A stretch of DNA of 64,000 bases, from positions 1 to 64,000 of the IMG/VR virus record IMGVR_UViG_3300047444_000069; one strand, written 5' to 3'. A program made the position numbers and the translations under genes. The stretch comes from a virus. Taxonomy: Duplodnaviria > Heunggongvirae > Uroviricota > Caudoviricetes. Below are positions 27,211 through 36,185 of the stretch, in pieces. Position 1 is the stretch's first letter; every line of letters begins with the position of its first letter. A model generated the notes under the pieces. That model searched no databases. It saw nothing but the letters and a program-made list of their open reading frames with translations, and was not told where the DNA came from.

Positions 27211-28008
27211 ATGAAATTTCTGAAAGTCTTGCTGGTTTCCTTTGTAGTCCTGATGATGGCCGCATGTGGCCGCATCGACACCGGTCACTCTGGCGTTCGC
27301 ACAAGCTGGAACAAGATGGTCCAGACACAAGTCGTCACGCCGGGATTCTACGTCGCAGTCACGGACGATGTGACGCAGTACGTCACGAACGAAATCACGT
27401 TCAAGCTGGAAAACGAGAAGCCACAGACCGCCGATAAGTCGTATCTGAAAGACCTCGACGCAACCTATACGTGGCAAGTCACGTCGAACGATCTTCCGAC
27501 ACTGGTGACGCGATTCAAGAATCGAACCTTGGTTCAAGGCGATGACCGCTACCCGATGGGAATTTACGTCGATGCCGTGATGCAGCGCAGCTTGGCACAG
27601 GCCGTCAGCGAAGTCGATGCACTCGATGCAAACCAGAAGCGCACACAGATCGAGAACAATACGATCAAGTTTGCGACCGAGAAGTTCAAAGAAGAAGGAC
27701 TGGACAAAGACATCCACATCAATCAGGTGATGATCAAGAACATCGAGATTGATCCGCGTCTTCAGGAATCGATCCTTCGCAACGTGACTGCACAGAAGGA
27801 CAACCAGACGAAAGACATCGAGATTTCGACCGCCGACAAAGAAGCGAAGCGTATGGCGAAGCTGGCCGAAAACGGTTCGAACGCTAACTACATCGCCCTG
27901 TTGAACGCACAGTCGAACATGAAGATCGCGGAAGGCATCGCGAACGGTCGGGTCAATACCATCGTCGTCCCGGCTGACTTCAAAGGCATCGTGAACACGG
28001 CGAAGTAA
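27211..28008 (+). CDS. SPFH/band-7-like lipoprotein
   Basis: lipobox 'LMMAACG'; 265 aa with SPFH-like central domain and coiled-coil tail. Confidence 0.5.
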   Translation: MKFLKVLLVSFVVLMMAACGRIDTGHSGVRTSWNKMVQTQVVTPGFYVAVTDDVTQYVTNEITFKLENEKPQTADKSYLKDLDATYTWQVTSNDLPTLVTRFKNRTLVQGDDRYPMGIYVDAVMQRSLAQAVSEVDALDANQKRTQIENNTIKFATEKFKEEGLDKDIHINQVMIKNIEIDPRLQESILRNVTAQKDNQTKDIEISTADKEAKRMAKLAENGSNANYIALLNAQSNMKIAEGIANGRVNTIVVPADFKGIVNTAK

Positions 28009-28259
28009 TGGTAACGGTTGACGACATCCTGTATGGCGATGACAACCATCTCTGGAAGCTGCGTGGTGCAGAGGCGACCGAAGTCATCGCCCAAAAGATC
28101 GAAGCGATGAAGCGCCTGTATCAAGAAGTCATCGCCATCGCGGACAACGCCGATCTAAGCGTGCATGTGACGTTCAGCTTCCCGGAAGGGTTGACGACCG
28201 GTCACAACGAATACTTCCGTCCAGAAGTAGCGTGGAATCCATCATCGAAATATTGTTGA
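28008..28259 (+). CDS. member of C-terminal-Cys small-protein family (outlying paralog)
   Basis: 83 aa; '...HVTFSFPEGLTTGHNEYFRPEVAWNPSSKYC' parallels '...FEFTFDGITGSYYTYRP...GWQGSSC' of 40087..40320. Confidence 0.5.
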   Translation: MVTVDDILYGDDNHLWKLRGAEATEVIAQKIEAMKRLYQEVIAIADNADLSVHVTFSFPEGLTTGHNEYFRPEVAWNPSSKYC

Positions 28260-28279
28260 ACTCCCACGTTTGATTTTGC

Positions 28280-28308
28280 TTGACACAACTCCCGGATGCG
28301 GGTATGAT
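28280..28308 (+). promoter_or_regulatory. early promoter TTGACA-17-TATGAT
   Basis: IR GGTATGA/TCATACC around -10 (28301-28320); partial 'ctcccacgtttg' copy upstream. Confidence 0.55.
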
Positions 28309-28343
28309 TCTTCTCATACCAACAACGCACCGGGAGTTTTCAC

Positions 28344-28727
28344 ATGAAGAAGATCATTGATGTTCGCGTCGAATCGGACCTCTACGTTGCTGGCCGTGAT
28401 GAAGATGGTCAGGAAATCCACGGTTTGTCCTACAAGGTCGTCGCGGAATTCGAAGGGGGTGAAGCCTATCACCACGAACACACGTTCCCGACCGTGAAGC
28501 TGGAAGCGATTTGGTGTGATGCCATCAGCGAAATGGTCCAGTGCAATTCCCTCGACCCCGAATCACAGAAGGCGAAGGCCGAACGTCTGTGCGCTCGCGT
28601 TCACAAGCACATCAAACAAGGTGGTAAGATTGACATGAACCACTGGCAGTTTCATCGGACGATTTACGGCACTTCTGCCTACCTCGATGAAGTTTCGATG
28701 ATGACGGCGGAACAACGAGCACAATAA
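28344..28727 (+). CDS. hypothetical protein
   Basis: 127 aa; SD GGGAG. Confidence 0.5.
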   Translation: MKKIIDVRVESDLYVAGRDEDGQEIHGLSYKVVAEFEGGEAYHHEHTFPTVKLEAIWCDAISEMVQCNSLDPESQKAKAERLCARVHKHIKQGGKIDMNHWQFHRTIYGTSAYLDEVSMMTAEQRAQ

Positions 28728-28764
28728 TTAAACATACGTTTCAAACACGCTACGGGAGATTCAA

Positions 28765-28962
28765 ATGTCACACAAAATCACGATCACCATCGAGACGGGG
28801 AACGCAGCATTTGACGGGGATGACGAAGTAACCGAAGTTCGGCGCATCCTTGAAGAAGTTGCACGTCGCATCGAGCGAACTGGCGTGTCCATTGCGGACG
28901 GCCAAGCACTGGTCGATCTGAACGGCAACAAGGTTGGCGTCATCAAGGTGGAGACTCAATGA
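28765..28962 (+). CDS. hypothetical small protein
   Basis: 65 aa; SD GGGAGA. Confidence 0.45.
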   Translation: MSHKITITIETGNAAFDGDDEVTEVRRILEEVARRIERTGVSIADGQALVDLNGNKVGVIKVETQ

Positions 28963-29210
28963 CCACGTTCCGCGAATGGGGCGAGCAAGTCAAGGCCATT
29001 ATCCCGTCACTGGTCCAAGTGGCCTCGGATAATGGCCTTTTCTTCAATGGAGACGCCGCAGAACGGCTTCTCGATGATGGCGAGTACCTAACCGTCTATA
29101 CGATGATCCAAGCCGTCTGTGAAGGTTTGGCATCGATCCCTACGGCGGTTACTGACCACGAATCCCTATGTTCCATCCTAGTTCAGTATCCGCATGAAGA
29201 ACAGCACTAG
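28959..29210 (+). CDS. hypothetical small protein
   Basis: 83 aa; ATGA coupling. Confidence 0.45.
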   Translation: MTTFREWGEQVKAIIPSLVQVASDNGLFFNGDAAERLLDDGEYLTVYTMIQAVCEGLASIPTAVTDHESLCSILVQYPHEEQH

Positions 29211-29427
29211 GAACCGGATCAACCAACAGTTCTTCCAGACCAAGGTCGAAGCGGGCCTCTATGAGTACCGTGGCTACGAAATCTGGAAGGACGCCTTCCG
29301 TGCCGTCTGGGTCATCAATGGACCCAAGGGCGGCGCATTCCGCTACCTCAACGAAGCCAAGAAGCATATCGACTGGATCATCAAGTATCCGTCGAAGAAG
29401 CCGATTGTAAAACCAGAACCAGAATGA
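29194..29427 (+). CDS. hypothetical small protein
   Basis: 77 aa. Confidence 0.4.
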   Translation: MKNSTRNRINQQFFQTKVEAGLYEYRGYEIWKDAFRAVWVINGPKGGAFRYLNEAKKHIDWIIKYPSKKPIVKPEPE

Positions 29428-29801
29428 CAGATAAGACCAAACTAGGATACGTCACATTCCCCGCCGCATACGTCTTCGAACACGCCATCGACGCCAAGAG
29501 CAAGCTTCTCGACACCCGCGAGAAGAAGCGTCTTGAATTCATCGAGAACATCAAACAGAAGCCCACCAAGCGCCGTTTCTGGCCCGGTAAAGCGTTGACC
29601 AATGATGAAGCCATCGCCTTCATCCAAGGCGAACTGTGGTTGTGTCATGAGTACTTCTACCTCACCCCGGAATGGCAGTCTGACCGGCTGATCGCGCTGG
29701 ACAGACTGATCGACGTGTCGTGTTGCATGATTCAACGCTCGATTGAGCAAGAAAACACAGACATGACATTGACCATCGAAGCCGCGAACATGATCCTCTG
29801 A
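29424..29801 (+). CDS. hypothetical protein
   Basis: 125 aa; ATGA coupling. Confidence 0.45.
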   Translation: MTDKTKLGYVTFPAAYVFEHAIDAKSKLLDTREKKRLEFIENIKQKPTKRRFWPGKALTNDEAIAFIQGELWLCHEYFYLTPEWQSDRLIALDRLIDVSCCMIQRSIEQENTDMTLTIEAANMIL

Positions 29802-29831
29802 AAAGCAACCACAAATTTGTTTCGAAATGTG

Positions 29832-29859
29832 TTGACATCCTCTCCCAAACCTGTAGAAT
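29832..29859 (+). promoter_or_regulatory. early promoter cassette TTGACA-16-TAGAAT
   Basis: 'TTGACAtcctctCCCAAACCTGTAGAAT'. Confidence 0.6.
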
Positions 29860-29935
29860 CTGTTCTCAGGTTGAGACGCAAAACAAACAAGTCGAAACCG
29901 AAACACAAAACCAACTCTGATAAGGAATCTACACC

Positions 29936-30466
29936 ATGAAAAAGATCGCACTCGCATTCATTTCCGTCCTCGCAATCTCGACGGCAGCTTTCGCACACGA
30001 CACCAACGTCGGTCAATCGGGCAGCGTCGCCGGTCAACTGAATGTCGGCGCACAGACCTCGCAGTACAGCGGCAACATCAACGGGTCGGCAACGTCCATC
30101 TCGAACGGCAACGCGGTCACGGCGGCGCAAGTCGGTGGTCAGGGTCAGTCAATCCAGTCGGCCTTCAACAACACTGGCGGCACGTCCACGGTCGGCGGTT
30201 CGATCAGCGCGGGTGGTGCAACGGTCGGTTCGGGTACGACGCAGTATTCGAACAGCACCGTGACCGGTAACGTGTCGGGCAACGCTCCCACGATGGACGG
30301 CAACAGCATCGCCAACGGCGGCGCAGCGTTCGGCAACACGACCACGACCGCTAATGTCGGCGCGAACTTCGGTTCGAACGTGCAAGGCGGAACCCTCGGC
30401 ATCAACGGTTCGGCTGGTTTCCAAGCGGTCGGCAGCATCAGCGGCGCACATGGATTCGGGCAGTAA
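29936..30466 (+). CDS. secreted G/S/T/N-rich low-complexity protein
   Basis: signal peptide 'MKKIALAFISVLAISTAAFA'; 176 aa, >70% G/S/T/N/A/V/Q. Confidence 0.55.
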   Translation: MKKIALAFISVLAISTAAFAHDTNVGQSGSVAGQLNVGAQTSQYSGNINGSATSISNGNAVTAAQVGGQGQSIQSAFNNTGGTSTVGGSISAGGATVGSGTTQYSNSTVTGNVSGNAPTMDGNSIANGGAAFGNTTTTANVGANFGSNVQGGTLGINGSAGFQAVGSISGAHGFGQ

Positions 30467-30483
30467 TAGCCTGAGAGGGGTCT

Positions 30484-30519
30484 AGCCGCAACCCTGATGC
30501 GGTTAGGACTGCTGTTTTT
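30484..30519 (+). terminator. weak terminator-like hairpin
   Basis: AGCCGCA-accctga-TGCGGTT ... TGTTTTTA. Confidence 0.3.
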
Positions 30520-30567
30520 AACAACGATAGGCCGTCCGCAGTGAGTAGTACCTACATGAAGTGAAAC

Positions 30568-30603
30568 GAGACGGGAACCGTTCGGGGTAACGGTTCCCGT
30601 CTC
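30568..30603 (+). other. perfect 15-bp stem-loop (no U-tract)
   Basis: GAGACGGGAACCGTT-CGGGGT-AACGGTTCCCGTCTC, 22 nt upstream of the next secreted-protein gene. Confidence 0.6.
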
Positions 30604-30625
30604 AACATCCGGGAGTAATACAACA

Positions 30626-31231
30626 ATGAAGAAAATCGTACTTGCTGGCATTCTTGCACTTGCATCCATCGTCGCACAGGCACAAACGGTTGACGCATCG
30701 GCATCGACCACGACCAACACCGCATCCACTTCGGGCGCGCTGAATCAGGGTGTCTCGCTTCAGAACACGTTCAACAGCCCGGATAAGGTGGACTACGCCG
30801 GTTCCTATACGGTCAAGTCGGCCCCGTCGATTCAAGCTGCATCGGGATACGGTTCGTTCTCCCAACAAAACTGTATGGTGTCCGGTTCGGCTGGCATCTC
30901 CATCGTTGGATTCGGCGCAACGGGTCAGACACCGATTGATGGCGCACGATGCGATCTGCGCGTCGATCAACAGAACATGGCATCGACCGCGATCACGCTT
31001 CACAACTTCGTCGCCACAAATCCCAAGGTTGCGGACAACCTGAAGATGTCGCTGGACGAGAAAGCCGCCGCCATGCTTCAAGCTGCTGGTGATATGTCAT
31101 GTCTCGCTTCGGATCGTCAGCGCGCGGTGATGGAGAAGAAGGGGCTGTGTAAGGAAGTTGGCGACATCGCTACGCTGGATCACCGCTTCGGTCAGCCCCG
31201 TTCGACCCAAATCGACTACAGCAACGAATAG
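30626..31231 (+). CDS. secreted protein with 4 Cys
   Basis: signal peptide 'MKKIVLAGILALASIVAQAQ'; 201 aa. Confidence 0.55.
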   Translation: MKKIVLAGILALASIVAQAQTVDASASTTTNTASTSGALNQGVSLQNTFNSPDKVDYAGSYTVKSAPSIQAASGYGSFSQQNCMVSGSAGISIVGFGATGQTPIDGARCDLRVDQQNMASTAITLHNFVATNPKVADNLKMSLDEKAAAMLQAAGDMSCLASDRQRAVMEKKGLCKEVGDIATLDHRFGQPRSTQIDYSNE

Positions 31232-31260
31232 TTGACACGCATTCCCAGACTTGTTATAAT
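31232..31260 (+). promoter_or_regulatory. early promoter cassette TTGACA-17-TATAAT
   Basis: 'TTGACAcgcATTCCCAgACtTGtTATAAT'. Confidence 0.6.
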
Positions 31261-31288
31261 TCAGTTCTAAGATCAAGAAGGGGAAGAA

Positions 31289-31441
31289 ATGAAGAAGAAC
31301 AAGATGAAGTGGAAGGGGAACAAGATCGTGATCGAGCTTGTTCCCCTGAAGCCCCGCATCGGAGTGATCTTCTCCAAAGTAGTAAGCAACAAAAAGTTGA
31401 AGAAACACAAGATCAAACACAAGAACAAGGTTGCAGATTGA
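31289..31441 (+). CDS. 51-aa Lys-rich basic peptide
   Basis: SD AAGGGGAAG; first ORF after promoter; not in ORF track (<60 aa). Confidence 0.4.
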   Translation: MKKNKMKWKGNKIVIELVPLKPRIGVIFSKVVSNKKLKKHKIKHKNKVAD

Positions 31442-31812
31442 AGCCTTTAATCCACGCAAAAATTTCGGTGAAGACCTATGGCGGGAAAGTTGAGGATTAT
31501 CTACCGATTCATGATTTTATCGATAGTAGTAAGTGCGCTCACCCAGACATCCGCCATCGCGCAATTCTCCATTCAGCTTTTGGATGCTTTGTCGTTGAGC
31601 GCGTATTCGGGACGTATATAACGAACTCGGATGGCAAGGATGTATCGGTTCGCGACATCGCGGAAGAACACATCATTCAAGACCTCGGCTTCCTTCCGAC
31701 GATGGAACAATACCTGAACAACATGACGATTCAGCCGTGGATGTCAGGCAGTCAGAAGCGAAACGAGAACGTAGCAAAGAACGTATTCATCCCTCTGCAC
31801 GACGCAGATTAA
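31438..31812 (+). CDS. hypothetical protein (start uncertain; TTG overlapping upstream stop, or GTG 31468)
   Basis: C-terminal ~125 aa look protein-like; N-terminal extension to GTG 31309 overlaps the Lys-rich peptide and looks out-of-frame. Confidence 0.4.
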   Translation: MKPLIHAKISVKTYGGKVEDYLPIHDFIDSSKCAHPDIRHRAILHSAFGCFVVERVFGTYITNSDGKDVSVRDIAEEHIIQDLGFLPTMEQYLNNMTIQPWMSGSQKRNENVAKNVFIPLHDAD

Positions 31813-31835
31813 CAAGAAGAAAGAAGAACAAGTAA

Positions 31836-32309
31836 ATGACGCAGAAACAACATATCGAAGTCCTGATCGAAGAATTCAAGAAGTCGCAAGAAGAATTCAA
31901 GGCAAAGGCAATGGCCTCGTTGAAGAAGCTGTTTGCCGACACGTTCGAAGCATTCCCAGAAACGAAGTTCATTTCTTGGACCCAATTCGCGCCCCACTTC
32001 AATGATGGCGACGAATGTGTCTTCTGCGTTCATCCCATCACGGCATCGAATGCCAATCCCGAAGATGTCCGATATGGCGAATACATTGGTGAAGACACGG
32101 AAGAAGGCGAAGAACACATCTGGATCTATGACGCCGACTACGGTTCGTATGATGTGCCTTCGAACGAAGCGGAAGATGCATTCGGCAGTCTGAGTAACCT
32201 GATCCAGTCGGACGAACTGGAAGACATCCTACGATCCACCTTCGGCAATCACGTTCGCGTCATCGCAACCCGCGAAGGCTTCACGACCGAATCCTACGAC
32301 CACGACTAA
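31836..32309 (+). CDS. acidic hypothetical protein
   Basis: 157 aa, D/E-rich C-terminal half. Confidence 0.5.
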   Translation: MTQKQHIEVLIEEFKKSQEEFKAKAMASLKKLFADTFEAFPETKFISWTQFAPHFNDGDECVFCVHPITASNANPEDVRYGEYIGEDTEEGEEHIWIYDADYGSYDVPSNEAEDAFGSLSNLIQSDELEDILRSTFGNHVRVIATREGFTTESYDHD

Positions 32310-32317
32310 AGAAAAAC

Positions 32318-32590
32318 ATGAGCAAGACTAAGCTGTTGGTAATCGACACGCAGACGCGCGTTGTCCATTCGTTCGAAGGTAACTACCGTTGCGGCGAAGC
32401 CCATCTGCCCGCCGATGAAGACCTTGGTCCTGCTGCTGGACTGATCGAAGAACTGAACGGGTTCCGCGAGATGGCAGACGAACGCCGGTACAAGAAAGAA
32501 AAGGCCGCAGAAGAACTGGCGGAACGCAACAAGGCAATCATGGCGCTTCATCACGAATACGCCAAGTGGTTCCAACTGCTTATCAAGTGA
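32318..32590 (+). CDS. hypothetical small protein
   Basis: 90 aa. Confidence 0.45.
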   Translation: MSKTKLLVIDTQTRVVHSFEGNYRCGEAHLPADEDLGPAAGLIEELNGFREMADERRYKKEKAAEELAERNKAIMALHHEYAKWFQLLIK

Positions 32591-32596
32591 GGAAGC

Positions 32597-33724
32597 ATGA
32601 GCAAGCAATATGATGTGGTGGTGTATCGCGGTCGGTTCCAAGGTTTCCACAATGCGCACCTGAAGACGATCCTGATGGCGCTTCAGTTCGCCAAGAAGGT
32701 CATCGTCGTGATCGGTAGTGCCAACGAAGCCCGCACGTACTATCGCAATCCGTTCTTTGAAGATGAGCGTATTGAGATGATCAAGGGCGCATTGTCCGAT
32801 CACTTCCGCCACGAAGACGTGTCGTTCGTTTCGGTTCAAGACAACCCGAGCGATAGCGCATGGGCGGAAGATGTCGAAGACAAGGTTGCCGCGCGTGTAA
32901 ATCGTCTGTTCGAAGGAACCGAAGGTGTCATCAGCATCGCACAGATCGGTTTCAAGAAAGACGCCAACTGCGAACGCGATGTCGATCTGTTCCCGACATG
33001 GGAATACATCGAGACACCCAACTTCGAACCGCTGGACGCTACGCATGTGCGCGAAGTTCTGTTCAGCATGAAGCCACTGTCGTTCCTCGCTGGCGTGTGT
33101 CCGCATTCGGTGATTCAGTATTTCGAAGCGTTCCGCCAGTCGCACACGTGGCTGAACATGTTCGAAGAAAAGATTTACGTCGAGAACTACCAGAAGCAGT
33201 TTGCTGGTCTTCCGTATGCTCCCACGTTCGTGACTGGCGACAACGTAGCAATTCAACGCGGTCGTGTGCTGTTGGTGAAGCGTGGCAATCATCCGGGCAA
33301 GGGTCTGTGGGCGCTTCCGGCTGGCTTCTTTAACGCCAAGAAGCATGTCACCAAGGGCGAAGTGATCCCCGCTGACCGTGATCCGCTGGATTGTGCCGTT
33401 CGAGAACTGTTCGAAGAAACGAAGGCCAAGGTGACGCGTCTCGAATTGGAAATGCGTGTGATCGGTGAGGAAGTGTTCGCGGCTGAAGATCGTGATCCGC
33501 GTGGCCGCATCATCACTCATGCGTTTGCCTACAACCTCGATACGCTGTCCGATCTTGAAACCGAAGCGGCGGATGATGCCACAGAAACCGGCTGGTTCTT
33601 CCTTGGTGACCTCGATCCCCGCACGATCTATGCGGACCACTTCCAGATCATCAAGTGGGGCTTCTTTGAGTACCACAAGGTCAGTAATTGGGCCTTGCAA
33701 GACCGAATGAACCGGCTGGTATAA
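32597..33724 (+). CDS. bifunctional NMN adenylyltransferase / Nudix ADP-ribose pyrophosphatase (NadM-Nudix)
   Basis: 'GRFQGFHNAH' (H/T)xGH nucleotidyltransferase motif; C-terminal Nudix box 'RELFEETKAKV'. Confidence 0.75.
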   Translation: MSKQYDVVVYRGRFQGFHNAHLKTILMALQFAKKVIVVIGSANEARTYYRNPFFEDERIEMIKGALSDHFRHEDVSFVSVQDNPSDSAWAEDVEDKVAARVNRLFEGTEGVISIAQIGFKKDANCERDVDLFPTWEYIETPNFEPLDATHVREVLFSMKPLSFLAGVCPHSVIQYFEAFRQSHTWLNMFEEKIYVENYQKQFAGLPYAPTFVTGDNVAIQRGRVLLVKRGNHPGKGLWALPAGFFNAKKHVTKGEVIPADRDPLDCAVRELFEETKAKVTRLELEMRVIGEEVFAAEDRDPRGRIITHAFAYNLDTLSDLETEAADDATETGWFFLGDLDPRTIYADHFQIIKWGFFEYHKVSNWALQDRMNRLV

Positions 33725-33742
33725 CAACTACAGGAAATAAAA

Positions 33743-35098
33743 ATGTACACAGCGAACATCCATCTGCCACAAAACTTCGTCCTTGAATCGGACTCCTACA
33801 AGTTTTCCCATGTCCCAGAAATCTACCCGGAAGGTACGGAAGCATTGCACGCGTATCTGTCGGCACGCGTGAAGGGTCAACGCGTGGTCCAGTTCGGTCC
33901 CTCGATGTGGATCAAGAAGAAGCTGCTGTCCCCGATCACACTGAAGATGATCAACGAAGCTGATGACTTCATCTCGGCGCACATCGGCCCCGGCGCATTC
34001 AATCGTGCGTTCTGGCTTCACATCCTGAACACGTATGGCGGTTTCATTCCGCTGACGATCCGTGGTCTGCCAGAAGGTACGGTCACGGACAGCTACGACA
34101 CGTTGCTGACGATTCAATGTGACGATCCGGTCTGCTTCCCGCTGGCACAGTTCATCGAAGCATCGCTTCAGTCGGACCTCTGGTACAGCACGACCATCGC
34201 GACGAACGATCTGGAAAACTACGAAGTCGCCAAATCGCACTTCGATTTGTTCTCGGATCAACCGCATCTTCTGCCGTTCATGCTGCATGACTTTGGCGCG
34301 CGGGGTTGTACGTCCGAAGAACAGCGTCAGATCGGCGGCGCTGCGCACCTGATCTTCTTCCAAGGTTCGGACACGATCAGCGGCATCCGTGCAGCAAACC
34401 TGTACTATGGCTGCGAGATGGCCGCGTATTCGGTTCGCGCAACTGAGCACAGCATTCAGTGTGCGTATGGTCCCGAAGGGCAAGAAGCCTACATTCAACG
34501 CGTTCTTGACGCACATGCAAAGCCGGGTAACATCGTCTCGCTGGTGCTTGATGGCTACAACGTCTGGCGCGAAGCTGAACTTCTGTGTACGAAGTTCAAG
34601 GAACAGATCGTCAACAGCGGCGCGAAGATCGTGTTCCGTCCTGATTCGGGCGACATGTTCGAAGTGGTTCCGCGTCTTCTGGAAATGCAAGCTGAAGCGT
34701 TCAGCTACACGGTCAATAGCAAGAACAAGAAGGTCATCAACAATGTCGGCCTGATTCAAGGCGATGGCATCGACAAGACCACGTTCATGTTGATGATGCA
34801 GAAGGTCGTATCCCTCGGCTATGCACCTGAATGCGTCGTCATGGGTTCTGGTGGTGGTCTGCTTCAGAAGGTCAACCGCGATACCCTGAAGTTCGCACAG
34901 AAGGCATCGTCCATCAAGATCAATGGCGAGTGGCGCGATATTTTTAAAGACCCGATTACCGATCCGGGCAAGAAGTCCAAGACGGGTTTGCAAGACGATC
35001 CGCGTTTCGTAACGTACTACACGCCCGATGAAGGTCTGGTATACAACGAAGACCTTGCAACGATCCGGGAACGTGCGTTCGCTGGCGCGGCTGTGTAA
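33743..35098 (+). CDS. nicotinamide phosphoribosyltransferase (NadV/NAMPT)
   Basis: 451 aa; N-terminal 'DSYKFSH' and overall PRTase type II features; adjacent to NadM-Nudix as in vibriophage KVP40. Confidence 0.75.
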   Translation: MYTANIHLPQNFVLESDSYKFSHVPEIYPEGTEALHAYLSARVKGQRVVQFGPSMWIKKKLLSPITLKMINEADDFISAHIGPGAFNRAFWLHILNTYGGFIPLTIRGLPEGTVTDSYDTLLTIQCDDPVCFPLAQFIEASLQSDLWYSTTIATNDLENYEVAKSHFDLFSDQPHLLPFMLHDFGARGCTSEEQRQIGGAAHLIFFQGSDTISGIRAANLYYGCEMAAYSVRATEHSIQCAYGPEGQEAYIQRVLDAHAKPGNIVSLVLDGYNVWREAELLCTKFKEQIVNSGAKIVFRPDSGDMFEVVPRLLEMQAEAFSYTVNSKNKKVINNVGLIQGDGIDKTTFMLMMQKVVSLGYAPECVVMGSGGGLLQKVNRDTLKFAQKASSIKINGEWRDIFKDPITDPGKKSKTGLQDDPRFVTYYTPDEGLVYNEDLATIRERAFAGAAV

Positions 35099-35113
35099 AT
35101 TCCCAAAAGTGGG

Positions 35114-35141
35114 TTGACAAGTTAAGGCTGACAGGTATGAT
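35114..35141 (+). promoter_or_regulatory. early promoter TTGACA-16-TATGAT
   Basis: preceded by 'ATTCCCAAAAGTGGG'. Confidence 0.55.
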
Positions 35142-35179
35142 TCGTGCCTGTTGGTCCTTTTCTATTTCAGGAGATTGCT

Positions 35180-35482
35180 ATGACGAAACGTACCTTCGAA
35201 GAACGCGTGAAGTTCGACTGCGGCTTCCTGATCGGCCACAAGTACGGCGTGCGTCTCGCGAAGAATGGCGTACAGTCGCGCTATGCGGTCGTCTTCATCC
35301 CGCCGCGTGGCCGTGCCCGTCTGGTCATCAAGACGCACCTTCATGGCACCGTGTATGGCATCAACACGTCGCTGATCAAGGGAGACGATCTGGTGTTCCT
35401 TGGCTACTCCACGAAGCCCGCTGATGTGGACGAGTTCAATGCACTGATCGCGGACCCGGATTGCAAGGTCATCGAATTCTAA
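35180..35482 (+). CDS. hypothetical protein
   Basis: 100 aa from 'MTKRTF'; SD AGGAG. Confidence 0.5.
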   Translation: MTKRTFEERVKFDCGFLIGHKYGVRLAKNGVQSRYAVVFIPPRGRARLVIKTHLHGTVYGINTSLIKGDDLVFLGYSTKPADVDEFNALIADPDCKVIEF

Positions 35483-35500
35483 AATTCCCGCGTTTGGGTA

Positions 35501-35532
35501 TTGACGAAGGATTCTCAAACATGTAGAATCCT
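35501..35532 (+). promoter_or_regulatory. early promoter TTGACG-17-TAGAAT with 8-bp IR across -10
   Basis: AGGATTCT 35508-35515 / AGAATCCT 35525-35532; conserved leader 'ccttttcatcgaatcaacaacGGAG'. Confidence 0.6.
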
Positions 35533-35553
35533 TTTCATCGAATCAACAACGGA

Positions 35554-35853
35554 GTGCAGCACATGGCAATCACCATTCGCACCAACAACGTCCCGCGCAA
35601 TCCGATCTACGGGTACGAACTGTCCGAAAAAGAGCGCAAGGAATTCGACTACATCGACGCTGAACACTTCGATGGTCACAGCTTCCTGCGCTACAAGGGC
35701 GAACTGTATGACCTGTCGGACTTCATGCGTGCGCGAGAAATCAGCGAACTGTCCGCATGGGACGGCTACGCATCAGATTCCTACTTCAGCGGCATCGTGA
35801 TCAAGTACGTTGACAACTTCGAGCGTGTCATCGTCGGAACCTACATCTCCTAG
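35554..35853 (+). CDS. hypothetical protein
   Basis: 99 aa. Confidence 0.5.
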   Translation: MQHMAITIRTNNVPRNPIYGYELSEKERKEFDYIDAEHFDGHSFLRYKGELYDLSDFMRAREISELSAWDGYASDSYFSGIVIKYVDNFERVIVGTYIS

Positions 35854-35861
35854 AGAACTAC

Positions 35862-36185
35862 ATGAAACATCTGTTTGAAGACAAGCATCAAATCAAAATC
35901 ACAAAGGCACTTCTGAAGTCGGCCAAGAAGCGCCTGAAAGATGGCGCGAATACGGCTGTGTGTAGCGCAGTGATCGATTCGCGGGGTGTTCGGATTCCCG
36001 GTTCGTGGGTCGAACAGATTGGCGTGATTGACATCATCACCGACGAAATTTCGCATCGTCTCGGAAGTTCGTCCTACGTGACCGACTGGTTGGAGCGCGA
36101 ACACGGCATCACCCTTTCAAGCTATGGCGAACGAACCAAGTACCGTCGCGCATGGATCGATAACATACTGAAGGAACTCGCATGA
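35862..36185 (+). CDS. hypothetical protein
   Basis: 107 aa. Confidence 0.45.
   Translation: MKHLFEDKHQIKITKALLKSAKKRLKDGANTAVCSAVIDSRGVRIPGSWVEQIGVIDIITDEISHRLGSSSYVTDWLEREHGITLSSYGERTKYRRAWIDNILKELA

Noticed and set aside
32306-34993. 473-aa and 421-aa minus-strand ORFs
   Set aside because: Antisense to NadM-Nudix and NadV
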